From Gemmatimonadota bacterium (GTDB taxonomy: Bacteria; Gemmatimonadota; Gemmatimonadetes; Gemmatimonadales; Gemmatimonadaceae), in NCBI GenBank assembly GCA_040389905.1, contig JAZJZK010000051.1, forward strand, positions 1 through 55,227: 55,227 nt of DNA, written 5' to 3'. This document shows, in pieces, positions 1 through 7,901 of this stretch. A program made the position numbers and the translations under genes. Below the pieces are notes generated by a model that was not told the DNA's origin, did no database searches, and saw only the letters and a list, made by a program, of their open reading frames with translations. Numbering within the stretch: the stretch's first letter is position 1; every line of letters begins with the position of its first letter.

Positions 1-55
<55 letters not shown>

Positions 56-67
56 CCAAGTCTTTCA

Positions 68-95
68 ATACTAGTCACCCGCACTCACAAGTCAA
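68..95 (-). promoter_or_regulatory. Putative sigma70 promoter of the tRNA gene
   Basis: Minus strand TTGACT (95-90), 16-nt spacer, TAGTAT (73-68), just upstream of the tRNA 5' end at 55. Confidence 0.55.
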
Positions 96-216
96 GATTT
101 TCGCTGAGACGACAACCGCATTATTCATATGCGTTCTCGACGCAGAGAACATTTAGCACCCGCGTACGTTATCGTGCGCGGCGCGTTTCGCCTTCGAATC
201 CAACCGAGGTGAGCCG

Positions 217-1602
217 ATGGCGCAGCCCGCCAGAATGATCTCCCACCACGACGCGCCCGCGCCGGACCCTCAGCGCTCCCGCGACCCCGGGCTCGCCCGC
301 ACGCGTGAAATCCTCGGCCTCGTCTTCGGCCCATCGGACGAACGCACCTTCGACATCCATCTCTGGGATGGCAGTGTCGATCGGTCCACGTCGCAGACGC
401 GCGCGGATTTCGCCCTGCACGTGTGCCGTCGCGGCGCCTTGCGACGCATGTTGATTCGCCCCTCTGAACTGTCCATCGTCGAAGCGTTCATCTCCCGAGA
501 TCTCGACGTCAGCGGCAATCTCGAAAGTGCAATGTCGCTCGGCGACGCCGTCGGCTCGCGCATTCAGTCGGTCAGCGGCGCGGTGAAACTGCTCCCGAAG
601 ATTCTCGCGCTTCCGGCCGACGATGTTGACCCCGCACTCGATGCGCACCGCTTCCAACGCCCTCGGCTCGCGCGCGCCAGTGGGCGCCGCGCCACGGCGG
701 ATGAAATCGAGTTCCACTACGGCGTCGGCAACGATTTCTATGCGTTGTGGCTCGACGAACGCATGATCTATAGCTGCGCCTATTACAAGTCCGAGACGGA
801 TGATCTCGCCTCAGCGCAGACTGCAAAGCTGGATCACATCTGCCGAAAGTTGCGGCTCATGCCGGGCGAGCGGTTGCTCGACATCGGATGCGGGTGGGGA
901 GGCCTCATTCAGCACGCGGCGGAACACTACGGCGTGCAGGCGCTGGGGATCACGCTCAGCGAGTCGCAGGCCGCAGGTGCAAGGAAATCCATCGAAGCGC
1001 GTGGCCTCACGGATCGGTGTCGCGTCGAGATCGTGGATTTTCGCGACCTCCCAACCTCCCAGAAGTTCGACAAGATGTCGTCGGTCGGTGTCATGGAGCA
1101 CGTCCCGGAAGCGGAGCAACCCGCGTACTTCGCGCGCGCGCACGCGTTGCTCGAGCCGGGCGGTCTCTTCATGAACCATTGCATCGTGAGCCTGAGCGTC
1201 GCTCGCTCGCGCAACACCCTGGCCGAGCGCTTCAATCGGTGGCTGTGGAAACGCGACCAGTTCATCGACAAGTACGTCTTTCCCGATGGACGAATCGTCT
1301 CGTTCGGCAGCTTGATCAAGAGTGCCGAGCTCGCGGGCTTCGAGACGCGCGACGTCGAAAGCCTCCGGGAGCATTACACGCGGACGCTTCGTGCGTGGGT
1401 CGCCACGCTCCAGCGGCGCAAGGAGGAGGCTGTTGCGATCGTCGGCGAACGGACGTATCGCGTCTGGCACCTCTACATGTCCGCCTCCGCGCACGGATTC
1501 GACAGTGGGTCACTCGGGCTCGTGCAAACACTGCTCTCCAAGCCGAGCGCGAGCGGGCGGTCCAATCTTCCGCTCACGCGCGAGGATCTCTATCGGTCGT
1601 AA
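217..1602 (+). CDS. cfa: Cyclopropane-fatty-acyl-phospholipid synthase (class I SAM methyltransferase)
   Basis: HYGVGNDFYALWLD, YSCAY, LLDIGCGWGG SAM motif, KYVFP, ESLREHYTRTL; GAGGTG RBS before the ATG. Confidence 0.93.
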   Translation: MAQPARMISHHDAPAPDPQRSRDPGLARTREILGLVFGPSDERTFDIHLWDGSVDRSTSQTRADFALHVCRRGALRRMLIRPSELSIVEAFISRDLDVSGNLESAMSLGDAVGSRIQSVSGAVKLLPKILALPADDVDPALDAHRFQRPRLARASGRRATADEIEFHYGVGNDFYALWLDERMIYSCAYYKSETDDLASAQTAKLDHICRKLRLMPGERLLDIGCGWGGLIQHAAEHYGVQALGITLSESQAAGARKSIEARGLTDRCRVEIVDFRDLPTSQKFDKMSSVGVMEHVPEAEQPAYFARAHALLEPGGLFMNHCIVSLSVARSRNTLAERFNRWLWKRDQFIDKYVFPDGRIVSFGSLIKSAELAGFETRDVESLREHYTRTLRAWVATLQRRKEEAVAIVGERTYRVWHLYMSASAHGFDSGSLGLVQTLLSKPSASGRSNLPLTREDLYRS

Positions 1603-1919
1603 CGTGGCGGTCACATTCACGTCGGCCGCGCCGATCCCGGATAAACGATGCCCGCCAACGGCTCGGACCGTTGACGGGCTCGCTTCCCTTGCCTTCTCCT
1701 CTGCAAACCGACTTTCTCCCGAAGCGGCCTGCATTTCGTACGTCCGCAGTATTGCCAGCCGCGTGCCGCGGCGAAACTGAATTGGGACGAATCGCCCCGC
1801 GTTTGACACTAACCGGACAATTCGCGGGACGAGATCCGCCGCAAGAATGTCAGTGTCGGACTGACCCAGAATGCGGTGTTCGTATCCAATATGCAATATC
1901 CCGTTCACCTTGCGTGAGC

Positions 1920-1992
1920 TACGAGCGCGAGCATGAGCACGAGAGCTCTGTTTCCTCAAGGCTCGAAGCGCACGCTCACGCTCGGGCTCGTA
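1920..1992. repeat. Imperfect inverted repeat built from GAGC-type short units
   Basis: TACGAGCGCGAGCATGAGC (1920-1938) versus GCTCACGCTCGGGCTCGTA (1974-1992): 17/19 complementary. Confidence 0.6.
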
Positions 1993-2228
1993 ATGCAGTC
2001 TCGTTCGATAGCGTCCCGGACGGTTGCAACCCCCATGGGCAGGCTCGTGCTAACCGCTTGTTGCGCAATACGTTGAGGACGCTCGCACGAGTGCCCGTCG
2101 CAGTTGAGGTGCGAGCGCGGCTTGTCATGCACACATAGCCCGAGCGACCGCGGCGATCGGCTTCGATACTGGCACGTCGCGCTGGAGAAACGCACATTCG
2201 TTTCACGACCCCCTCGAACTTATCGGAT

Positions 2229-4499
2229 ATGCGCCAGCTCTCCATCGCTTCCCTCGCCCTCGCGTGCCTTGCCGCTTCGGCGCAGGCGCAGGCGAACCGT
2301 GCTCCCGCGACCACCATCGCGTCGTCCAAGGCGACCGACGTCAACTTCACTGCCGACGACGCCATCGGTATCACGACCATCGCCGCGGCCGACCTGACCG
2401 ACGATGGGCGATACATCGCCGCAACCGCCACGCTGCGCCGCGATGGCTTCGGCACCGATTACCGCCACGACGGCGATCCGACCTACCTCCGCGTTGCGCC
2501 GGCTCGGGTGATGATCATCGACACCAAGTCGGGCACGTCCACGGATGTGTTCAAGGAGAAGCGACCCGTCCGCAGCCTCCGCTGGGCGCCGGACGGACGT
2601 AGGCTCGCGATGTTGATCTTCAACGGCGACGTGCTCGAACCAGCGATCTGGGACAAGAGCTCCAGCAAGCTCACGACGCTGAAGCTGCCCGCCGGCAGCT
2701 ACGTCGCCGAGAATAGCGACATCCGCTGGAGTGCAGATGGCAAGAGCGTGCTGGTCGCCTCGCACACGCTCGATTGGCGAAAGAGCGCGCGCGAGACCTT
2801 CGCGAACATGACCGCCGGCCCCGTCTTCGTGCAGTCGAGCAAGGATCCCTTCCTCGCCTGGGATGACGTTCGTCGCCTCGCGAATATGCGGAGTGTCGTT
2901 GCGATCGACGTGGCGACCGGACTGGCACGCGAACGCCTGCCCGCATCGATGATTGCGAACTACACCGTCGCGGAAGATGGCAGCGCCGTCTCCTTCAACG
3001 CGGACATCGCGAAGAAGACCGACTACGACAGCTTCAATGCCGAGACGGCGCTGCGCGTTCGCGATTCGAGCGGCACCGAGCGGACGATCAAGGCAACGAC
3101 GAAAGGCTTGCAGTTCACCTGGGCTGACGACGGGAAGCGCTACGCGTACTCGAACAACGGCCGCGTCTATATCGGGACGATCGCTGACTCCTCGGCGAAG
3201 ATGATCCTCGGTGCGCCCGAGCCGAAGCGTGGCGAGACCCCCGATACGAGCAAGGCCGCCCGCGACAAGGCCGCCCTCGAGCGCTTCAGCGTCGTCCGCT
3301 ACAGCCCCGCGGGCGATGCGCTGCTCGTCAGCAACAAGGAAGGCATGTGGCTCGCCGACATCGCGTCTGGCGCGCGCGAGAAGGTTGCCGAGTCGAGCGA
3401 TTCGAGTGAGACGCTGCCGCGTGTCGCATTCGCCGGGTGGACCCCAGACGGCCAGCATATCTACCTGACCTCGACGTCGCGGCAGAAGTGGGAGCGCGGC
3501 ATCCTGCGCTACGACCGGCCGACGAAACAACTGAAAGAGCTCGTAAAGGACGGCAGAAACTACAGCAACTTCCGTCTGTCGAAGGACGGGAGCACGATCG
3601 TACTTGGTATCGCTGCCGGAAACCGGCCGGCGGACCTCTATGCCGCGAATCCTGACTTGAGCAACCTTCGCCGGCTCGCGGAATCCAATCCGCAACTCTC
3701 GGCGAAGCGGATTGGACCGACCGACCTCGTATCATTTATCGATGCCGACGGGCATTCCAAGAAGGCGGTCGTGTACTTCCCTGCGGACTATGAAAAGGGG
3801 AAGACGTATCCCACCGTGTTCGAGATTTACGAGGACTATTTCGACGACACCTTCGATGTGCGCGCGAACGTCTTGACCGGACATGGCTATGTGGTCGTGA
3901 AGCCCGCCGTGGACTTCGACATCGGCTACCCCGGCGAAGCGTGGATCAAGGGCGTGTCCGCCGCGGCCAACAAGCTGATCGAGATGGGTATCGCCGATTC
4001 GGCGCGGCTCGGCGTGCAAGGACAGAGTTACGGTGGGTACGCGACGAACCTGCTCATCACCCAGACCAATCGGTTCAAGGCAGCGGTGAACATTTCGGGC
4101 AAGGTCGACATGATTTCCTTCTACACCGACAGTCCGAGACTCGGCGTGCGCAACGTGAACGCGGCGGAGAAGACGCAGGACCGGCTCGGTGCCACCCTTT
4201 GGGCGCAACCGCAGAAATACGTCGCCCACTCGGCGATCATGTTCGCTGATCGCATCACGACGCCGTTGTTGCTGGTCACCGGCGGACTCGATTCCAACGT
4301 GCCGGCCGATAACACACGCGAGATGTACTACGCCCTCCGGCGCCTCGGGAAGGAGGTAGTGTGGGTGAACTACATGAACGGCGGGCATGGTGGCGGGACG
4401 GCGACGGCAGAAGATTTCCTGGACATGCACAAGCGAGTGTTGGAGTTCTACGATTCCAAGTTGAAGGCGCCGAAATCCAAATTGGCGACGAACAATTAG
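2229..4499 (+). CDS. Secreted S9-family (prolyl oligopeptidase/acylaminoacyl) peptidase with beta-propeller
   Basis: Sec signal (…LAASAQA); PD40-like repeats (WAPDG, WSADG, WTPDG); GQSYGG nucleophile; Asp (GGLDSNV) and His (NGGHG) of the triad. Confidence 0.9.
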   Translation: MRQLSIASLALACLAASAQAQANRAPATTIASSKATDVNFTADDAIGITTIAAADLTDDGRYIAATATLRRDGFGTDYRHDGDPTYLRVAPARVMIIDTKSGTSTDVFKEKRPVRSLRWAPDGRRLAMLIFNGDVLEPAIWDKSSSKLTTLKLPAGSYVAENSDIRWSADGKSVLVASHTLDWRKSARETFANMTAGPVFVQSSKDPFLAWDDVRRLANMRSVVAIDVATGLARERLPASMIANYTVAEDGSAVSFNADIAKKTDYDSFNAETALRVRDSSGTERTIKATTKGLQFTWADDGKRYAYSNNGRVYIGTIADSSAKMILGAPEPKRGETPDTSKAARDKAALERFSVVRYSPAGDALLVSNKEGMWLADIASGAREKVAESSDSSETLPRVAFAGWTPDGQHIYLTSTSRQKWERGILRYDRPTKQLKELVKDGRNYSNFRLSKDGSTIVLGIAAGNRPADLYAANPDLSNLRRLAESNPQLSAKRIGPTDLVSFIDADGHSKKAVVYFPADYEKGKTYPTVFEIYEDYFDDTFDVRANVLTGHGYVVVKPAVDFDIGYPGEAWIKGVSAAANKLIEMGIADSARLGVQGQSYGGYATNLLITQTNRFKAAVNISGKVDMISFYTDSPRLGVRNVNAAEKTQDRLGATLWAQPQKYVAHSAIMFADRITTPLLLVTGGLDSNVPADNTREMYYALRRLGKEVVWVNYMNGGHGGGTATAEDFLDMHKRVLEFYDSKLKAPKSKLATNN

Positions 4500-4520
4500 T
4501 GCAAATTCGGTTCAGTCAGG

Positions 4521-4643
4521 GATGTCATCCCGCACGAGCCGCGAAGCAAGCGAGTGTCGGGATCTACTGTCACTGAGAGAAAGCTGGCCACGGTGTGTGG
4601 ATGATAGATCCCGACACTCGCTTTGCTCGTGCGGGATGACATC
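4521..4643. repeat. REP-like long palindrome (GTCATCCCG…GGATCT / AGATCC…CGGGATGAC type)
   Basis: GATGTCATCCCGCACGAGC…AAGCGAGTGTCGGGATCTA pairs with TAGATCCCGACACTCGCTT…GCTCGTGCGGGATGACATC; intergenic, after a stop codon. Confidence 0.85.
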
Positions 4644-4695
4644 ACCACCGTCTTAATGCCTATGTACAATCAACCATCAACGACGGATGTAACAT

Positions 4696-5463
4696 ATGAA
4701 GCGCACAACCTATCTTGCGATCGCCCTGCTGGCCCCGGTGCTTGCCAACGCCCAGACGCCGGCGAGGGCGCCAAAGCCCGAGGACACTGAGTACTACACG
4801 CCCGAGCCGAAGGTAATCGTTCCGGGAGCGATGAACGCCGACGCGCCCTCTGATGCCATTCGTCTCTTCGATGGCAAGAACCTCGATGAGTGGGTGGGTC
4901 CGAACAACAAGCCCGCCGGCTGGACGGTCGCAAATGGGATCATGACCGTCGACAAGAAGGCGGGCGACATTACGACCAAGCGCAACTTCGACAACTATCA
5001 ACTGCATCTCGAGTGGCGCATTCCCGCCGATATCAGTGGTTCCGGCCAGGCCCGCGGGAACAGTGGTCTCTTTCTCGGCACTGGGCCCGAAGGTGGGTAC
5101 GAGCTCCAGATCCTCGATTCCTACGTCAACAAGACGTACGTGAACGGCCAGGCCGGGAGCATCTACAAGCAGAGCCCTCCGCTCGTCAACGCGATGCGGA
5201 AGCCTGGCGAGTGGCAGGTCTACGATGTCATCTGGACTCGCCCAACCTTCAATGCCGACGGGTCACTCAAGACTCCGGGGCGCGTGACCGCTTTTCACAA
5301 TGGTGTGCTCGTGCAGAACGACTATGCACTCAAGGGCACGACGCCGTACATCGGCCCGCCGAAGTACGCCGCGCACGGCGCGTCGCCGATCAGCTTACAG
5401 GCGCACGGCGATCCCAGTGCGCCGATCAGCTTCCGGAACATCTGGCTGCGGGAGCTGCAGTAG
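4696..5463 (+). CDS. DUF1080 / 3-keto-disaccharide hydrolase family secreted protein
   Basis: Signal peptide; LFDGKNLDEW, LHLEWR, GNSG, YELQILD, LQAHG…ISFRNIW motifs. Confidence 0.9.
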   Translation: MKRTTYLAIALLAPVLANAQTPARAPKPEDTEYYTPEPKVIVPGAMNADAPSDAIRLFDGKNLDEWVGPNNKPAGWTVANGIMTVDKKAGDITTKRNFDNYQLHLEWRIPADISGSGQARGNSGLFLGTGPEGGYELQILDSYVNKTYVNGQAGSIYKQSPPLVNAMRKPGEWQVYDVIWTRPTFNADGSLKTPGRVTAFHNGVLVQNDYALKGTTPYIGPPKYAAHGASPISLQAHGDPSAPISFRNIWLRELQ

Positions 5464-5477
5464 CCTCGTAAGTGCGG

Positions 5478-5554
5478 AGGTGCAGACCCCTCGACTTCGT
5501 TCGGGGTGACAAGGCTCGTTTTGTCGCCCTGAGCAACGCGAAGGGCCTGCACCT
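5478..5554. repeat. REP-like inverted pair, family A (AGGTGCAG…GTGACAA / TTGTCGCCCTGAG…CTGCACCT)
   Basis: AGGTGCAGACCCCTCGACTTCGTTCGGGGTGACAA and TTGTCGCCCTGAGCAACGCGAAGGGCCTGCACCT are inverted copies; related copies at 13487-13546, 16164-16185, 16545-16571, 43519-43539. Confidence 0.8.
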
Positions 5555-5588
5555 TCGCAGATTTCGCGTCACTTCTCCTCGGTAAGAG

Positions 5589-5657
5589 CTCACCGCAGAG
5601 GACGCAAAGAAACTGATACAGCCGTTTCCTCTGCGACCTCTGCGTTCAAAATGCGGT
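5589..5657. repeat. GCAGAG/CTCTGC palindromic repeat, family B
   Basis: CTCACCGCAGAGGACGC (5589-5605) is identical to 54270-54286, followed by CCTCTGCGACCTCTGCG…GCGGT; lies between convergent genes. Confidence 0.75.
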
Positions 5658-5685
5658 TACGCAGTTCATGCCTGTGCCACCAACC

Positions 5686-7305
5686 CTATCGCGCGATTTC
5701 CTCCGCCGACCGCAGCGCGAGCGCGGAAAAGGTAAGCGTCGAGTTCGCGCACCCTCCGCTCACGCACGTCGGCGCGCCGACGATGAAGAGATTCTCATGG
5801 TCGTGTGAGCGACCCCACGCGTCGACGACCGAGGTCGCCGGGTCAGCACCCATGCGACATCCGCCCGCCGGGTGATCCTGCCAACCCGGCCCATCATCCT
5901 CCTCCGTTGTCAGGAGCGTCCCACCGCCGGCACGCGCCATCCGCGCAAACAATTCCTTGAGCGTCGCGTCGGAATACGCGCGTAGCGCAGCGCTCTCCGG
6001 CGCATCGCGGAATGCGAGGCGAGGGAGTGGATCTCCCCACACATTGCGACGCGATGCATCGAGCGCGAGCTCACTCGACCGGTCAGGAATGACGTCGTAG
6101 TACGCACGCACTCGTGCGACTCCGGTCTGTGTCCGTTCGCGCCAATCCTGCAAGATCGCGTCTCCCAGCAGTGGTGTTCCCCGATCGTCGCGCAACCGGG
6201 GACCGCGCGCATACGCCGACTCCCAGACACGAAGATCGTGACGCAGATATTTGCCACTCGCCGGCGCGCGCATGAATTGCTTTGTCACCAGCGAGTGCTG
6301 CGTGTTGATGCCAGGGTACAACCGGTGCGGCAGGGCGATGAAGCCTTGCTGATTGCGATGTCCGTTGAGGTACTTCCCCACGTTGCCCGAACGATTCGCG
6401 ACGCCGTCCGGTGTGCGCGAATTCCGCGAGACCAGGAGGAGATGCGAGCTCCACACGTATCCGCCGGCAACGATGAACTGCTGCGCGCGGAATTCAACCG
6501 GCGTGCCCTTCCCTTCCTTCTCTCCAGGTACTCGCCGCACGCCCTCGGCGGACGCGATTCGCATCGAACCGTCTGCGAGCGTCAATCGCCGAATGAGCGT
6601 GCGAGGGTACAGCGTCACCCGCTTCGCCGCTCGAAGCCGATCCCAGGTGAAATCCGGAGAGTACTTCGCGCCGGTTGGACAGATGGGCGTGCAGGTATCA
6701 TTGCGGCAACACTCGGCGCGGCCGTCGTATGGACGTGAATTCTTCGCCGACGGTTGACTCCACATGGCGATGCCCGCCTGCCCCGCCCACTCCTTGAGCA
6801 ATCCGAGATTGTAGGTCAGCGGCAACGGGGGAAGGGGAAACGGTTTACCGCGGGGATCCATCGCCACGGGACCTTGCTCACCCGACACACCCATCAGCGT
6901 TTCCGCTTCCTGGTAGTATGGATCGAGCTCGTCATACGAAAGCGGCCAATCCGTGCCGAGACCGAACAGCGTCCGTGTCTTGAAATCCTCCGGCGACCAG
7001 CGCGGCGTAACGGCACCCCAATGCATCGCCAGCCCACCCACCTGCATCGATCGCGATTGAAGTGGCCCCTCGATCTCATAGCCGTTCAGATGATCGCGCA
7101 ACCACGGACTCTCGCCGTACGCGAGAAACCGGTCACGCAACGCTGCTCGCTGCGAGAGCGGCGGATTGTCCTCTCCTGCTTCGACCACGACAATCGTCTT
7201 GCGAGTCGTTCTCGCCAGCTTGTCTGCCACCATCGCCGCGCTGATACCCGACCCGATGATGCACACGTCGCTTTCGATTACGCGAGTCTTCGCGAAGCGC
7301 ATCAT
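5686..7305 (-). CDS. GMC-family FAD oxidoreductase (sugar/glycoside dehydrogenase large subunit)
   Basis: IIGSGISA Rossmann motif, GGLAMHW, Cys cluster CCRNDTCTPICP, C-terminal HPAGGCRMG and ANSTLT; ATGA overlap with the upstream small subunit. Confidence 0.9.
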   Translation of the reverse strand: MMRFAKTRVIESDVCIIGSGISAAMVADKLARTTRKTIVVVEAGEDNPPLSQRAALRDRFLAYGESPWLRDHLNGYEIEGPLQSRSMQVGGLAMHWGAVTPRWSPEDFKTRTLFGLGTDWPLSYDELDPYYQEAETLMGVSGEQGPVAMDPRGKPFPLPPLPLTYNLGLLKEWAGQAGIAMWSQPSAKNSRPYDGRAECCRNDTCTPICPTGAKYSPDFTWDRLRAAKRVTLYPRTLIRRLTLADGSMRIASAEGVRRVPGEKEGKGTPVEFRAQQFIVAGGYVWSSHLLLVSRNSRTPDGVANRSGNVGKYLNGHRNQQGFIALPHRLYPGINTQHSLVTKQFMRAPASGKYLRHDLRVWESAYARGPRLRDDRGTPLLGDAILQDWRERTQTGVARVRAYYDVIPDRSSELALDASRRNVWGDPLPRLAFRDAPESAALRAYSDATLKELFARMARAGGGTLLTTEEDDGPGWQDHPAGGCRMGADPATSVVDAWGRSHDHENLFIVGAPTCVSGGCANSTLTFSALALRSAEEIAR

Positions 7306-7901
7306 GCTCGGCGTACCGGTGCGAGAGGCAGCGGCCTTCGGCTCGCTGCCGCCAACGGGCGACAGTTCTGCTTGAGGATCGCCGCCTCATAGCAGAGATC
7401 CGTCGCCTCGGGACTCGCGTAGAAATGTGCGAGCAGCGCCAATGCGACATGCGGCGCTTTCCCGAGCGCCGGAATGCGCTCGGCCTTCAGCAATGCAAGG
7501 TCCGCCTGAACAAGGTTGCGACGCTCCTCGACCGCGAGCGCGGAGAATGCCCGCTTGTGTGTGCGTCGAGCTGCCTCGTCGAGCGCGACAAGCTGCGCGG
7601 CCCAGCGCGTCGCCGGCGTGGGACCCGAGTGCTCGATGGCCGACGTGCCGTATCCATGCAGGAGCTCCGCATTCTCACGATACCCGGCGATCCAGCGCTG
7701 AAAACGGTGCACGCTCGCCGCGTTGCCGTGCGCGCCGAGTGCGGAGGGCAGGATGGCTTCACCGAGTGCGCGCAGCGTTCGTTCGTCGCTCTCGATCGCG
7801 TCGACGGCCGTCGCATGCGCCGCGCGAACGACCCACGCGAATGGCACCGTCGCGGCGAGCGCACCAAGAAAGGTGCGCCTCGAGAATGGGAACGCGTTCA
7901 T
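7302..7901 (-). CDS. Gluconate 2-dehydrogenase subunit 3-like Tat-exported small subunit
   Basis: Start re-assigned to 7901 (MNAFPFSRRTFLG, twin-arginine motif); ATGA overlaps with GH2 and GMC; family-like FSALAVEERR and HFYASP. Confidence 0.8.
   Translation of the reverse strand: MNAFPFSRRTFLGALAATVPFAWVVRAAHATAVDAIESDERTLRALGEAILPSALGAHGNAASVHRFQRWIAGYRENAELLHGYGTSAIEHSGPTPATRWAAQLVALDEAARRTHKRAFSALAVEERRNLVQADLALLKAERIPALGKAPHVALALLAHFYASPEATDLCYEAAILKQNCRPLAAASRRPLPLAPVRRA

Noticed and set aside
2220..3695. 491-aa minus-strand ORF, and similar long ORFs at 22368-23597, 31769-33178, 34328-35806, 43635-45359, 52867-54246
   Set aside because: Antisense shadows of well-supported genes; Arg-rich, motif-free, and expected in high-GC DNA
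4521..5657. Palindromes as a CRISPR array or IS ends
   Set aside because: They are inverted pairs without regular repeat-spacer periodicity, and no transposase is enclosed
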